DNA of 63,130 nucleotides, filler included, from Rhabdomonas costata (taxonomy: Eukaryota): the NCBI GenBank assembly GCA_019059605.1. It is 21 parts of 21 records of this genome, joined end to end, with 100 filler letters (N's around TTAATTAATTAA, not from the genome) between each part and the next. Parts side by side here need not be neighbours in the genome. Positions count along the whole stretch, not along the records: positions 24,121 to 27,034 come from JAHMHO010001749.1; positions 27,135 to 30,046 come from JAHMHO010001750.1; positions 30,147 to 33,060 come from JAHMHO010001751.1; positions 33,161 to 36,071 come from JAHMHO010001752.1; positions 36,172 to 39,080 come from JAHMHO010001753.1; 16 more parts are not named here. One strand, 5' to 3'. How positions within the stretch are numbered: the stretch's first letter is position 1; each line of letters begins with the position of its first letter. Position numbers and translations under genes: made by a program. Shown here piece by piece: positions 24,121 through 36,496 of the stretch. Under the pieces are notes generated by a model, which worked only from the letters and a program-made list of their open reading frames with translations, made no database searches and had not been told where the DNA came from.

Positions 24121-26840
24121 GGGGGGGTGGGGCAGACCATGTGAATGCCTTTACTCCCCAAAGAAGGGAGAAGGAACAACTTGGTGCCATTTTGCTGTTT
24201 GTTCAGAGCTCTGCAAGCTTTCCCAACATCCGGAATTTACATAGTTCTTAAGAGTCTTCTTCCTTGGGCTTCCTTGGGCGACTCGCGGGAAAACAGAGGC
24301 TGGGCGTGTTTGCTGAAGGGCCAAGTCTGACAGTACCTCCCGCGTTGCCCCCACCCACGTGATACCGTCCAGGGCTTGTGTATCATATCCCTACCAAATT
24401 TTCTCGGCCAAGGTCCGCTTTGTTTCCCCTTTTGGACCCGAAACTAGAAGAAGGCTGTCAGGGAACCAGTCAATGGGGAGAGGGGGGGGGCGCCAAACCG
24501 ACTGACAATGAACTTCTTCAGGAACCCCCACGCTGTCAACACCCCACAACACGAAAAGAACAGCTTACGGCGAAGTCGCGGTCGAAAACTGCGGTCACCA
24601 CAAAAGCAGCTAACGCAACCACGCCCGCTCTACCGTACCGTGACACTTCCTATTCGCTGAGCAACGTAGCCACTAAAAGACCTCGGGGGCACCGGGCGAC
24701 TGCTTTTTCTTTTTGCGACTCTTCGGCAAACTTCGTGATGCTAAGGATGTTCTAAACAGTGCCTTGGCGGTGAGGGGCGCTCCCAGGGAGATCAGCTTCT
24801 CCACAATCGCAAGGGGGGCGTCGTTCTGCACCACGAGGTGAAGCACGGTGTGCCCACCGCAGGAGCTCTCGCTGGCCACACTGAGGTCCAGCGGCAGCGC
24901 CCGGGCCTTGTCCAGCAATAGGATGAGAATCTCCCACTTGCTGGCCTTCGCGGCGCGGTAGGCCACCGTACGGTGCATCGAATCCTAAACACGCGAATGG
25001 ACGCGGGGACACCCAGCAATACCTTCAGGACGTCTCAAAGACTTCGGCACAAAGACGCACCTCAAACGCAGCACATGACGAGAAAAGGGCTATCGCAGCG
25101 ACGACGCCGTTTGCCATGTTTCGCAATCTTTACCGAATCCAATTATAGCACCACAGAAAACGTTTGTTAGGTGGGCAGTTTTCGAACGTTATGCAACACA
25201 TCGCCGACCTGGGCATTGGCGTCGGCACCCGCGGCCAGCAGCGCGGCAAAAGCCTGGGCGCGGCCAAGAGATGCCGCGTCGTGCAGTGGGGTGGCCCCCT
25301 CGGAGTTCTGCAAAGAGGAGACACAGATAGAGACCCGTGCAGGGATGGAAGAAATGAGCGAGCAGGGACATTTATGTACCAATGGCAACGTCCCTTGCCC
25401 CCCGCCCCCCAGAGGGGAACCTCCGGGGAATCCACTTTCTTTCCAAAGGGGTGTTCCTAATCAGTGGGCTGGTATGCAGCGTTTGGTCGTTTTCTTTGCT
25501 CAAAAGCAATCCACTGTTTCCAGTTCACGCACCCCTCAGCTTCGGAGCAATTGGCGAAGGGCTTAGCCCAGCCCCACCCCACCATCTCCGAAAACAGATG
25601 TTGTGCTTGTGTGCCTCATCAACGTCAGTTCTGGTGGTGGGTGGGGTTCTGGGAAACGTTTAAGCCTGAGGTTGGGGGACATGGGGTGACGCAGTCAGCA
25701 AGAGCTGGGATCGAGTGCCTGACACGTAAAAGAACAAAGTTAAGGGAGCCCCACCACACGCCCGAGCAACCCCCCCCCCCTCCCTACACACAGTATGGGT
25801 TATGACACCTGTATTGTCCGAAAAGAGATCCTGAAAGGAACCCCTCCCTCCAGATCAGGCGACGTTGTGATGGGGACAGTCCATGAATGAAGAGGGGGGG
25901 CAGACCATGCGAATGCCTTTACTCCCCAAAGTAGGGAGAAGGAACAACTTCGTGAAATTTTGCTGCTTGTTCAGAGCTCTGCAAGCTTTCTCAACATCCG
26001 GAATTTACATAGTTCTTAAGAGTCTTCTTCCATGGGCTTCCTCGGGCGACTCCAACTGACAATGAACTCCTTCAGGAACCCCACGCTGTCAACACCCACA
26101 ACAAGAAGAGAACAGCTTCCGACGAAGTCGCGGTCGAAAACTGCTGTCACCACAAAAGCAGCAGCCACAACCACGCCCGCTTTACCGTACCGTAAAATTC
26201 CTATTCGCCGAGCAACATAGCCACTAAAAGACTTCGGGGACTGCTTTTTCTTTCGCGACTCTTCGGCAAACTTCGTGATGCTAAGGATGTTCAAAACAGT
26301 GCCTTGGCGGTGAGGGGCGCTCCCAGGGAGATCAGCTTCTCCACAACCGCAAGGGGGGCGTCGTTTTGCACCACGAGGTGAAGCACGGTGTGCCCACCGC
26401 AGGAGCTCTCGCTGGCCACACTGAGGTCCAGCGGCAGCGCAGTGGCCTTGTCCAGCAATAGGATGAGAATCTCCCACTTGCTGGCCTCCGCGGCGCGGTA
26501 GGCCACCGTACGGTGCATCGAATCCTAAACACGCGAATGGAGGCGTGGACACCCAGCAATACCTTCATGACGTCTCAAAGACTTCGGCACAAAGACGCAC
26601 CTCAAACACAGCTCATGACGAGAAAAGGGCTATCGCAGCGACGACGCCGTTGGTCATGTTTCGCAAACCTTACCGAATCCAATTATAGCACCACAGAAAA
26701 CGTTTGTTAGGTGGGCAGTTTTCGAACTTTATGCAACACAACGCTGACCTGAGCATTGGCGTCGGCACCCGCGGCCAGCAGCGCGGAAAAAGCCTGGGCG
26801 CGGCCAAGGGATGCCGCGTCGTGCAGTGGGGTGGCCCCCT
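24121..26840 (+). repeat. Tandem segmental duplication: 24121-25300 vs ~25893-26840
   Basis: Exons and introns are highly similar. The exon offset is 1540 nt, and the left copy has ~215 extra nt at ~24285-24498. Confidence 0.95.
24763..26840 (-). CDS. Ankyrin-repeat protein with a duplicated two-exon module (partial)
   Basis: Exons ~26840-26749, 26524-26303, 25307-25209 (33 codons, NSEGATPLHDAA...GADANAQ) and 24984-24763 (GHTVLHLVV...GAPLTAK). All junctions are phase 0. Confidence 0.9.
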
Positions 26841-28321
26841 CACACACACAGAGATGTATTGGTATCCTCAGCTAGGATGCTGGATGCGTCGCGACATAAC
26901 ACAAACAAAAGGACTTCTGGGACACCGCATTGGGGTGTGCATAACTCATTTCATGTGCCTCACCGATCGCTCAGCTTTCGCTCGTGTGAACGGCGAGGGA
27001 GCACCATCAAAATCCAGCCCACTGCGGCACCCGCNNNNNNNNNNNNNNNNNNNNNNNNNNNNNNNNNNNNNNNNNNNNTTAATTAATTAANNNNNNNNNN
27101 NNNNNNNNNNNNNNNNNNNNNNNNNNNNNNNNNNTGTGGGGGGGTTCTATGCAGCAAAGGGCGAGGGCATTTGGGACATCTGTGACATCTGTTGGCATGC
27201 GTGGCATCTGTTGGCATCTGAGGCATATGTTGTCGTTTGCCTTACCCCCGAGCGGTCAAGTCTTTTTTGTTTGACGTTTTTTTTTGAACGTTGAGTTCAC
27301 AGACAGTGGGTTTGGGCAGGAGAGGCAAGTGACAATCACTGAGACTGCCCCAGTGGCATGGCCCTGGCCAAAAAAAAGGAGAGCTTGCTTGTAATTGTAT
27401 TCTTAACGCACGCACGCACGCACGCACAATCCAATGACGCCGGCTTGCTCCTGTGCAATAACAAAGATGAGAATCCGTGCAGACGCAGCCCAACTGGGAA
27501 GAAAGCAAGCTGTTTCAGAGCTACAAAAGGCAACGTGTACCTTGACGTCGTCCAGCAGAGCAAGCTAGATCAGCAAAAACAACGGGTGGCCCACAGGAAA
27601 AGCAACAACACAAATAGGAAGCAACAGATAATCCCTGTGAAATCCAAATCTGCCGACACGATTGGAATGCTGAAAAGCAGTGGGAAGTTTTGCTGACCTA
27701 ATCTGCCGCTGTGGGTGGGTTGTACCAAAATGTTCAAAAGCGGCATCATCATGAAGAGGGAGGACGGTGGCTTTTCATTCCAAGCCACATAGACCCACAT
27801 GGAAACCATACAAATACGTTTAACATGTGTCCAGACCTCTGATCACCTGGAGCTATCGCGGTAGACACTTTATTTAACGAATCAGCTAATCCTTCTAACG
27901 CTGAGAGCCTTCACTGTTAAGTGAATGTTTATGTGGCCTTATGCCAAAAAAAAACGAGACACTTTTTTTGTGTTCACTGGCGTTTTTTTTGTGGTGTTGG
28001 TGGTGGGGATTTTACGTGTGGAATAAATGGGAACTTGAATAAATAGCAATGCTACGAGGAGTATTCGCCAGAAACCACATTAACCAAGCTCTGTGGTACA
28101 CAAAGTCGCCAAAAACCGAGAGCTGGCCAAGGCCTTACGATTATACGCCGAACTGGGTTGGCATGGGTTTTGTATGGAACATGTTCGCAGTTGCTGGTAC
28201 AAATCCTAAGCTGAATAAAAACTGTCCTCACGCCGCCGCAGATTGCCAGCAAAAGACACCCTTTCAAAGGCAAAATATTAGGGAAACCCGGCAAATTTGA
28301 AAAAAAAAAATCACGGGGGGC

Positions 28322-28401
28322 ATCCGCCCACAAACACCTTTGAATAGAAAAGGGTTTGACAATCCGCCCACAAATACCTTTGAATAGAAAAGGGTTTGAC
28401 A
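28322..28401 (+). repeat. 40-bp tandem duplication
   Basis: atccgcccacaaa(c/t)acctttgaatagaaaagggtttgaca x2. Confidence 0.95.
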
Positions 28402-28526
28402 CAAAGCAGTGAATCACACTTCGAATGAACAGAGGCAAACAAGACGCAGCGAGAAAAAAACGCCTGTACAGAAACGTCCGCAACCAGCTGCTCGAAGTTT
28501 TTCCCAATGGGCTGCAGTAATCTGGT

Positions 28527-29769
28527 TTACTGCAGAGCTGAGCTCACACTCACAGGCGGGGCCGCCATCTGTGGGCTCTCCGGCCACCTCAAAAGGTCTT
28601 CTGAGGAGGAGGAGGTGGTGGTGGTCGCGGAGCCGTCCGGAATGTGCGGGAACGGCGGCCCACTTGCACACGTAGAGGGAGGAGAGGAGCCCGGAGGGTT
28701 GCTCACCTCCACCGCCGAAGCCGCGTCCACCCCTTCTTTCCCAACACGGAACTTCAGAACGTACTTTTCCGAGAAGACCTTTTTGTAAGACAGGGAAAAC
28801 GAGTCACAAGAAGTCCTATCAGTGAATTGTTTTGGTTGTCGGGTGGTGCTGGGGAAGCAGTAGCGGATCTCCGGGGTCAGCGGTGCATGGTGGACCATGT
28901 GTGCTTGTGTGTTTCTACCAACCATAAGTAACACGTCAGCTTAAGGGAACAGGGTCAGGGCAGACTGTCACTGCAGCGGGTTTCAAGAGCCTGCTCTATG
29001 GGTCATTGCCTTGTACGTGCCGATGCTCGGCTCACTTTGGAACCTTCCATGTTTCCATGTGGTGGTGAGGAAGCGTGAGACCTCGATATAGTAGTTCGCA
29101 CCATTCCACACGGAGACCAGAAACACTGCCCACAGGAGCAGCCCGTTGAACAGTTGGCTGTGGAAGGCGAACCATCCCGGCAGGATGGTCAGGAGGGTGA
29201 ACAGAAGCTGGGTCACCCAGAACACCGCCTGAGCAAAGAGCAGCGTTTTCTACCCTCTCCCTTCATTGTTAATCCATTCCTTTATTCACACCTTCACGGG
29301 GGGAGGGGATCGAAAAGAGCCCCAAGACCGGACTCATCAGATAGCCACTCCGACAGCAAATGGTTCACAGCATCCCAGATAGATGAGTTGCGCTGGAAAA
29401 GGAAAGCTACCCAGACTATAAGTGGATGGCCACCCGGGCTGTGAGCAAGGACGATTCGGTCCCCCTCAGCAGCATCCGTGCAATAAAACTTAAGGTGCGG
29501 GGGGAAGCACCTCAAGCACGAACATGCTCATTGAAATGGCAGTTCCATCATATGGGAAAACAGAAGAAAGCGCAGGCCTTCGTTTTCCACGTCTCCGCAT
29601 CGAACACCTCGGTGGGGCCAAACAAACGCAGCTTGCGCACAGTCCACAGTACGGCGCAATTCAGCGCATGTTTGGTGTCCGCAGAAAGCCAACGCACACT
29701 AGTTGCAAGCTCGGGGTCGCGCTCAATCTTCGCTCTGTCCATGAGGTCGGTCTTCACAATGTACAACAC
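28527..29769 (-). CDS. GPC1: Glycerophosphocholine acyltransferase GPC1/DUF2838 family (C-terminal part)
   Basis: Exons 29769-29578, 29228-29082 and 28778-28527 give ...TSVRWL...WKTK|AVFWVTQLLFTLLT...SVWNGANYYIE|VFSEKY. WNGAxYYIEVF is characteristic. The first intron needs a GC donor. Confidence 0.8.
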
Positions 29770-30351
29770 CTAAACAGCAGCACCAGAACAAGAGTTTCAA
29801 CCAGTGTTCGCAGACAAAGGGCACAGAAAAACGGGTTGCAAAGCAGGTAAGCAAGTGGCACCAGTAATTCATTGATTCGGGGGGCTGCAAAGAAATGAGT
29901 GAAGGAGAAACAGAAGGCAGGCCCCCAACGCAGGAGCAAAAAGCCACAAGAACACAAGAGAACACAAGAAGAACACAAGCACACAGCAGAATGCTCGTTC
30001 TTTTCAACACACGAAAACTTCTGTTTTGGGCATCGCACCACCCACCNNNNNNNNNNNNNNNNNNNNNNNNNNNNNNNNNNNNNNNNNNNNTTAATTAATT
30101 AANNNNNNNNNNNNNNNNNNNNNNNNNNNNNNNNNNNNNNNNNNNNTTGTTGGTTGACCCTCCCGTTCTTTGAAACCAGCTCCCCATCCAGCTATAAGCC
30201 TGCATAGCCGGGCATCGAAGAGTGGCAAAACTGATTAGTTTCGGGGTTTTGTGCACCAAAAGGACATAAGCTCTGCATAGGAAAATCGCCACAGCTCCAT
30301 CGGAGGTTTGCGGGTTTGCGATTTATGCTGAATTTCCTTGCTTTGCGACAG

Positions 30352-32134
30352 ACTGGCTCTCCTGCCCCCGTGGCAGGCCCTGCTGCGCCCACTACATCGG
30401 GCAAGCAGATTCAGATGCACAAGCCCACCGCAAGCAACACCTTCCGGGTAACCCAGATCCGCTCCCGCACGGAGAGCCGGTTTGCGTGGGCGTGGGCCTT
30501 CCTTTGCTCTGAGAGAATACGGCCTCTCCCTCCCTCACTTGTCGTTGCCGTTGTATGTTCCCGCCCCAACGTCGGTGCGGCACAGTTTTTCTCCCCGTCA
30601 TCCTTTTTTTTTTGGATAATACTGGGGAGCATGATCGAGGTTCTGTTTTGGGATCTGTTCCGCATTCTGAGCAGGCCGTGTCTCTGCTTTTGCCGAAGCA
30701 CTTCGCTGGACATGACCTTTCTCTTGGCTGTCATTTTGCAGCAGTGGGCTCGCACGAACCCCTCCCTTTTGGAATTCTTTGGCTCAGGGGGCGGCTGCCC
30801 TTGGGACAGTTCAACCGTGTGCTGTTCATCGACGAGGCCAATATGTGGGTTGACGTCGGGGGCTCGACCACCCTGGAGACCTTAGTCAAGTAACCTGCCC
30901 CCTACACACCACATAGCCCCCCTGCTGGGGATAGTGAGCAACAGAGAGAGTGCTTGAAACAATCCGGGAAGCACAGCGAAGCCATGTGGAGTATGAATAT
31001 TTTAGGAGTGTGTCGCTGACGGCTGACGGAGTCTCCTTTTGCTCTGTTGGTTTCGCCTCGCCTGAGGTTTGAGTGACCAAAAGGAGGTCACGGTCTGGTC
31101 TATTGGAGGGAGCGGTAACCGGTATAACGGTGGTGTCATGGGGAGGTATATGAAAAACGATTTTTGGCCATTTGGAACTCATTCGGTACTGGGCTTTAGC
31201 CAACAGGGATAGGATGTTCTCAGGTTTCGACTGTATTTTTCTTTATCGATTGCGTTTTTTGAGAACCATCAAGGTAGAATCCCCTGCTGTGCTGCGCCCT
31301 TGCCTCGCGCGACCTATTGTAAACTCACTAATCCTGACACGTTGTTCTTGTTCAAGGAATTTGGCTATTGTTCCGAGATACCTGTGCTGTTTTGAGCAGC
31401 GATGCATTTTCTCGCACTATTTCAGAGTGTCATATGCAATCCCTGTTCCCTTTTAGAGCTTTTTAGGGGGGGGGGTACATCTCGCCTCACTCTCTCAGTT
31501 TTTGTGTTTAGCTCACGGCTTCCCGGCGTACTTCTCTCAGGTGTACCGCCGCCCAGGGTTTGCTCCCGCTGGTTGTGCCCGAGCTTCGCACCATCACTGT
31601 CGGAGGGGCTATTGTGGGGATCGGAGTAGAGTCCTCGTCCTTCCAATTCGGGTGTGAGCCCAAGCGCACATTTCATGAACCTTTCACGATGTTACTCAGC
31701 ATCATAGCAGCCCTTGCTTTTCGGACTCGGATTTTTCAATAGGCCCACGTTTCTTTGAGTGCTGGTGCATTCCCTTGGCGTAACTTCTCTCGCTGTGCGC
31801 GGCGCACAGGTTTTTCCATGAAGGAATGCTGCAGGCAGAGGTCTTACTCGGATCTGGAAACGGTGTGTTCTCGCTCTCCTTCTGGAGACGGACAAATTCG
31901 AGATGACAGGAGCCCTATTTTTTAGGATGTTTGGAGAGATGTTTGGAGTTTGGTGCCTCTTAGTACCCTCTCTGCATCATTGTTTTGCCTTGGAACATTG
32001 GCATTGCTGCTGCACAGTTGTGGTGTGCAACGCCTCCAACAACACCGACCTTTTCGAGGCTCTTCCCAATTCCATGGGCTCGCTGGGCTACATTCTCAGC
32101 GCACGCCTGGTAACTTCTCAGCTGCTGAGATTCT

Positions 32135-32200
<66 letters not shown>

Positions 32201-32574
32201 GAGACAGATCTGAACATTTTTAGCGTGGCCCGCTTGCCCGCCTGCCTTGTTTCCTTTCGCCTGTGTTTCAAGGCTTTGAAAGTGTCTTCTTTGACAAGGG
32301 TACGAGCTTGTTGCGGGTCCCCCCCCTCCTTTTTGGTCATCATCAAAAGCCATGCCATGATGGGTGTGGGCTGTCCAAGTGAAACATTTTCAGTCTGTCC
32401 TTTTCTGCTCTCTTCCATTTTGCGTCCGTTTCCCCAACGCAACGCAGAAAGTGCGGCGGATGAAGCCCTTCGTTAAGCTCACACGGAGCTGGCACTCCTC
32501 CCCTGAGCAGCTTGCGGAGGCGCTGAGGCAGCGGGCTTCCTCATCTCCGGCGGAGGAGAAAAGCCCCTCACCCG
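30352..32574 (+). CDS. FAD-binding oxidoreductase, DHCR24/delta(24)-sterol-reductase-like (partial)
   Basis: Exons ~30352-30479, 30788-30889, 31541-31651, 31810-31862, 32018-32109 and 32448-32574. Motifs ASNTFR, LLPLVVPELRTITVGGAIVGIGVESSSFQFGFFHE and DLFEALPNSMGSLGY. Confidence 0.9.
32135..32207 (+). repeat. (GA)n/(GACA)n microsatellite
   Basis: Direct inspection; intronic. Confidence 0.95.
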
Positions 32575-33440
32575 GTGTGCTGACACTGGTTTTCACTGCG
32601 TCCTTCACGCCGTCTGTCTAACGCGGTGTGAAGGGTGTTGTGTGAACGCTAACAACTGGCACATTTTTTTTTGCAAGTTGACTGTTCTGGGAATGTCCTT
32701 CCCACTTTTGGGCTTCATGATTCCATCGTGATCGGCTTCACTATCTATTGCTACCACCATTCAGCGCTGTATTGCCCAGGTTCTCCTTTGCCAATTTTTG
32801 GAATAAAAAACATGTAAACTCCAAACAGTGTCAGAGTCGCATGAACAGCACAAAGGAAAAAGGTTCCGTCTGTTTGGTGAACCCCCCCAGGGTTGGATAG
32901 TAAGCACTATCCAACTTGAGTTGGACCCTGAAAGGCGATGAACGGTTCCCAGGAGAGTGCAGTACAAATGGGATTTTGTTATTTTCGGTGCGAAGGTCAG
33001 CCGCCCCGGTGTCCGAAGCTGGGGGGGGGGGGGGCTGACCTTCGCACCGAAAAAAACAACNNNNNNNNNNNNNNNNNNNNNNNNNNNNNNNNNNNNNNNN
33101 NNNNTTAATTAATTAANNNNNNNNNNNNNNNNNNNNNNNNNNNNNNNNNNNNNNNNNNNNAAACGCTAAACGCTAAACGCTTCAACCTCATTGAAAAATT
33201 TGCCATTATTATTATGCATGAGCACCCGAGCGATGGCTTTTGCCTCCCGTTGGAATCATTCTGCCGCTCACAGTCTATTGCTTACAGGTTACAGGCTTCG
33301 GGGTGGGAATGGAAAATGTTCAAGGGTGGTCGCATTATTTGCACGTTACCTTCTTGATTCTCTCTTCGGCAATTTTCGGTGAGAAAGGAAAGGAAGGCAA
33401 AAGCCGATGAGAACCCCGTCTGGAAGCAAGAGAACTTGAC

Positions 33441-35420
33441 CTTCCGGATGCGTGCATCCTGGGTGAGGAGCTGGTCCTGTGCCACCATGCTCCACTCCGT
33501 CAACAGGTCGCAGAGCTCGCGCTGCTCCTGCAGCTCCTCTTCTAGCCTGCCCAGGCACTCTAGAAGGAGCAGCCGCTCATCATCTGCCGCTGGGGCAAGC
33601 AGTGTGTCGTCCTGGAAAACGAAAACGTCGACCAAATATTGCGACGGAAAGAGACTAACCGGGCGAGCTGATGCACTCGAACCCGTGCATTCGAACCCTC
33701 GGGCGGCAATGAAAGATACGACCGACGATGACTGACGAGACAGAAAAGTGTTGTAGGTGTGCACTCTCTCGATGCAAACGTTGGTGCATCGACACTCCTT
33801 TATGATCCTTACGTCCCGTCCAAGATGCGTATCTTTCCTTTCTATATTATGGGAAGCGCCGCTCAGGTGACAACCCAACAATCTCTTGAAACAACACGCA
33901 GCGCGAGGACAAATGAACAGACAGAGCGAAGTGTCGGAGTCATGGTTCGCTATGGACGACGAACGTAATGGTACCTCCGTTCACCTCGGGCACTAGCGCA
34001 TTCACACAAACTTTGCGCACTTGGCAAGGGAAAATATTTCTTGGGGGAGGACTCGAGGTTCTACCCAACTGACTTCCCCCCTTACATGGGCCCATCGGGC
34101 CTCACTCTCTTGTCGGTCCACGGTGCCTTGGCCCTCTCTCTTGTCACGTAGGGTTGGCTAACCCCATGTGACCCCCGATCCACAGTACGCGGAGCCTCGG
34201 GCGCATTCACACACACACACACACACAAGGGAGGTTGGAAGCGTCCTGGAAAGGGCGGTGTGCAAGAACAGCAGCCACCTGTGGGGCCTGCTGCTAGAGG
34301 TAGGAACGCACCTGGAGCAGCACAGCGGAGCCACGCTCGGCCAGCAGGGTACTGCGCTCGTCGTGCTCCTGCCGCTCCGTGTCCAATCGCCCAAGGGACT
34401 CGGCGAGCTGAAGCCGCTCTGTTCCCGCAGCGCGGGCGGCGTGGAGGACCCCCTGCCACACGCCCCGGGGGAAAAGGGAGCAGGTCGTGCTAGAATGTGG
34501 CTAAACTGGAAGCGTGCCAAAAACAAGCCAAAAAGATCCGCCCCAGGCGAAGAATTGGAAAATCGTCTCTCCGGCGGTAATTTTCGAGGGATCCAAAATT
34601 CTGTCGTGGGTAAACTACTACCACCCCCAGGAGAAACATCCTTTCCCACTTTCCCAATTTCTGTGAAAAATACAGCTGATTTTAAATTACCTCAAGAGAT
34701 TATATACTTCAATACACTCAATGAACCACAGACATAATAACGGGGAAACGTACCTCTCTGCGACTCCACAGAAGCTGTGCGAACGAACGAAAATAAAAAA
34801 ACAAGAAAATTGCTACACACGGTGCTGTACCAAAAAACCGACACATGCTGAAATGCCCATATGCTGAAACTCAGATCTGCATCTGCACTTCACATAGAAA
34901 AGGAAATGCTCAAGTGTGGTCATTTAGCCCGTGAGCCGATCAAGGCAACTTGCTCCGCAGAATTGAAATTAAATGAATCCTGGATTCCAATTGCGTCAAA
35001 ACATTCCCAAAGATGTTTGATTTTACAACGAAGTTGATTTGAAAAGGGAGTGACACCAAGGTACAACCGCTGACTAATTATTCCGTTTCCAAAGCACCGC
35101 ACAACGCAACGGTCCAACACTCAGCCTTTCGAAGCCCGCGGCTTCGTGATAATTACCCACACATCCACACATTCACACATCACCGCACCCTGGGAAAAAG
35201 GAAGAAAGAAGTGAAGGAAAGCGTTGGGAAGAGAAGGGGAGCAGAGAGGGTGGGCCCGAACCTGTCGGTACCGCGTCAGCTCGAAGTGCAGGAGCAGCAG
35301 CTGCAGGGGCCGAGTGATGCCCCACTGGGCCAGCACTTCGCCCTGCTCGTGCTGCTCCTGGAGCTCTGCTTCCAGCCGAGCAAGAGCCTCCTGCAGCTCC
35401 AAAGTTTCCACAGCAGCAGC
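33441..35420 (-). CDS. Coiled-coil repeat protein, one repeat per exon (partial)
   Basis: Phase-0 exons 35420-35262, 34452-34312 and 33611-33441 each carry a variant of AAxxE(R/T)LxLxExL(G/A)RL(E/D)xExQE. Confidence 0.7.
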
Positions 35421-36496
35421 CTTGGTGGGGAATGAGTGGGAGGGGGAATGCCAGAAACAGCTCGTTTTTGAGGACAGGGACTGCCCCAGAGAGCACATCA
35501 GGGAGAAGAAATCAGCAAAAGAGACATTCCGGGCAGCAATTAGCAGGTGCTTCAACAGAGGAACAGAGAGATTGCTCATGAGGCCGACTACGCTCCCTCA
35601 ACTCCACAACTAGGGAGAGATCCATTCTAACATTTCCGCGCCCCACCTGTTCACATTATGAACCATGTCCGATGAGGGGTTAGGGAGGCAGCTCCCCACC
35701 CATTCCCTTAACATTTCCTTTAGAGGTGGTGGAAAGGGGACACGGGCAATGTTGTCGCACGACGCGGGGTGACTCGGGGATATCACTGTACGGTGGACAG
35801 GTGCTTGGCTCCCCAGGGTAGAGTAGAAAAGTTGCCCTGATACGGTGATTGCACAAGTTTTGTTCCCTGTTGCAGCTTTGACTTGCAGTGTAGCTTCAGT
35901 TCGACCAGTTCAGTTCAGTTCGACGGTCTTGGGCCAAAAAGTTTGTTCCTGACCTGGGTGGGCGGCAACACCTAGTTTACCCTGGGCAACACAGTGAGAT
36001 ATAAGAAAGCTGCGAGAAATTACTGCGAGGGGTCTTGGAAAAAAGACACACAACACAGTTCAACCCAACACNNNNNNNNNNNNNNNNNNNNNNNNNNNNN
36101 NNNNNNNNNNNNNNNTTAATTAATTAANNNNNNNNNNNNNNNNNNNNNNNNNNNNNNNNNNNNNNNNNNNNGGGGGGAGATTCTTGAAATTGATGCGTGT
36201 TTTCTTTTGTGCACTCGTGACGTTGAATTTAGAATTAAACTTTAAACGGGACACACTGGACTTTCTCTGGAGCACCCTACTTTGAGGTGGGCGCAACCCT
36301 CCACGTGCAATACTCGTGGTCGAAATCACAACTGTCCGATGGGCAAAACCTGCACCCAAAATCAGTCAATCTTTTGCCTTTTGACCTGAACCTGACTTTT
36401 ACATGCTCCCATTTGGGGCAAAATGGAAATTGCGCAATGGTATTGGGTTGGCTTGCTTTTCCTCTTCTTGCTTCCTTTTCTTTGGTCTCATCGCAG

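Noticed and set aside
26841-27034. Abrupt switch to cacacacaca inside the duplicated ankyrin exon
   Set aside because: An A/C-only run at the breakpoint fits a primer-derived chimeric junction better than a biological insertion.
32982-33060. 21-bp perfect hairpin at a contig end
   Set aside because: The outer part of the right arm equals the left flank with A replaced by T, as a G/T primer would produce. Most likely an amplification fold-back.
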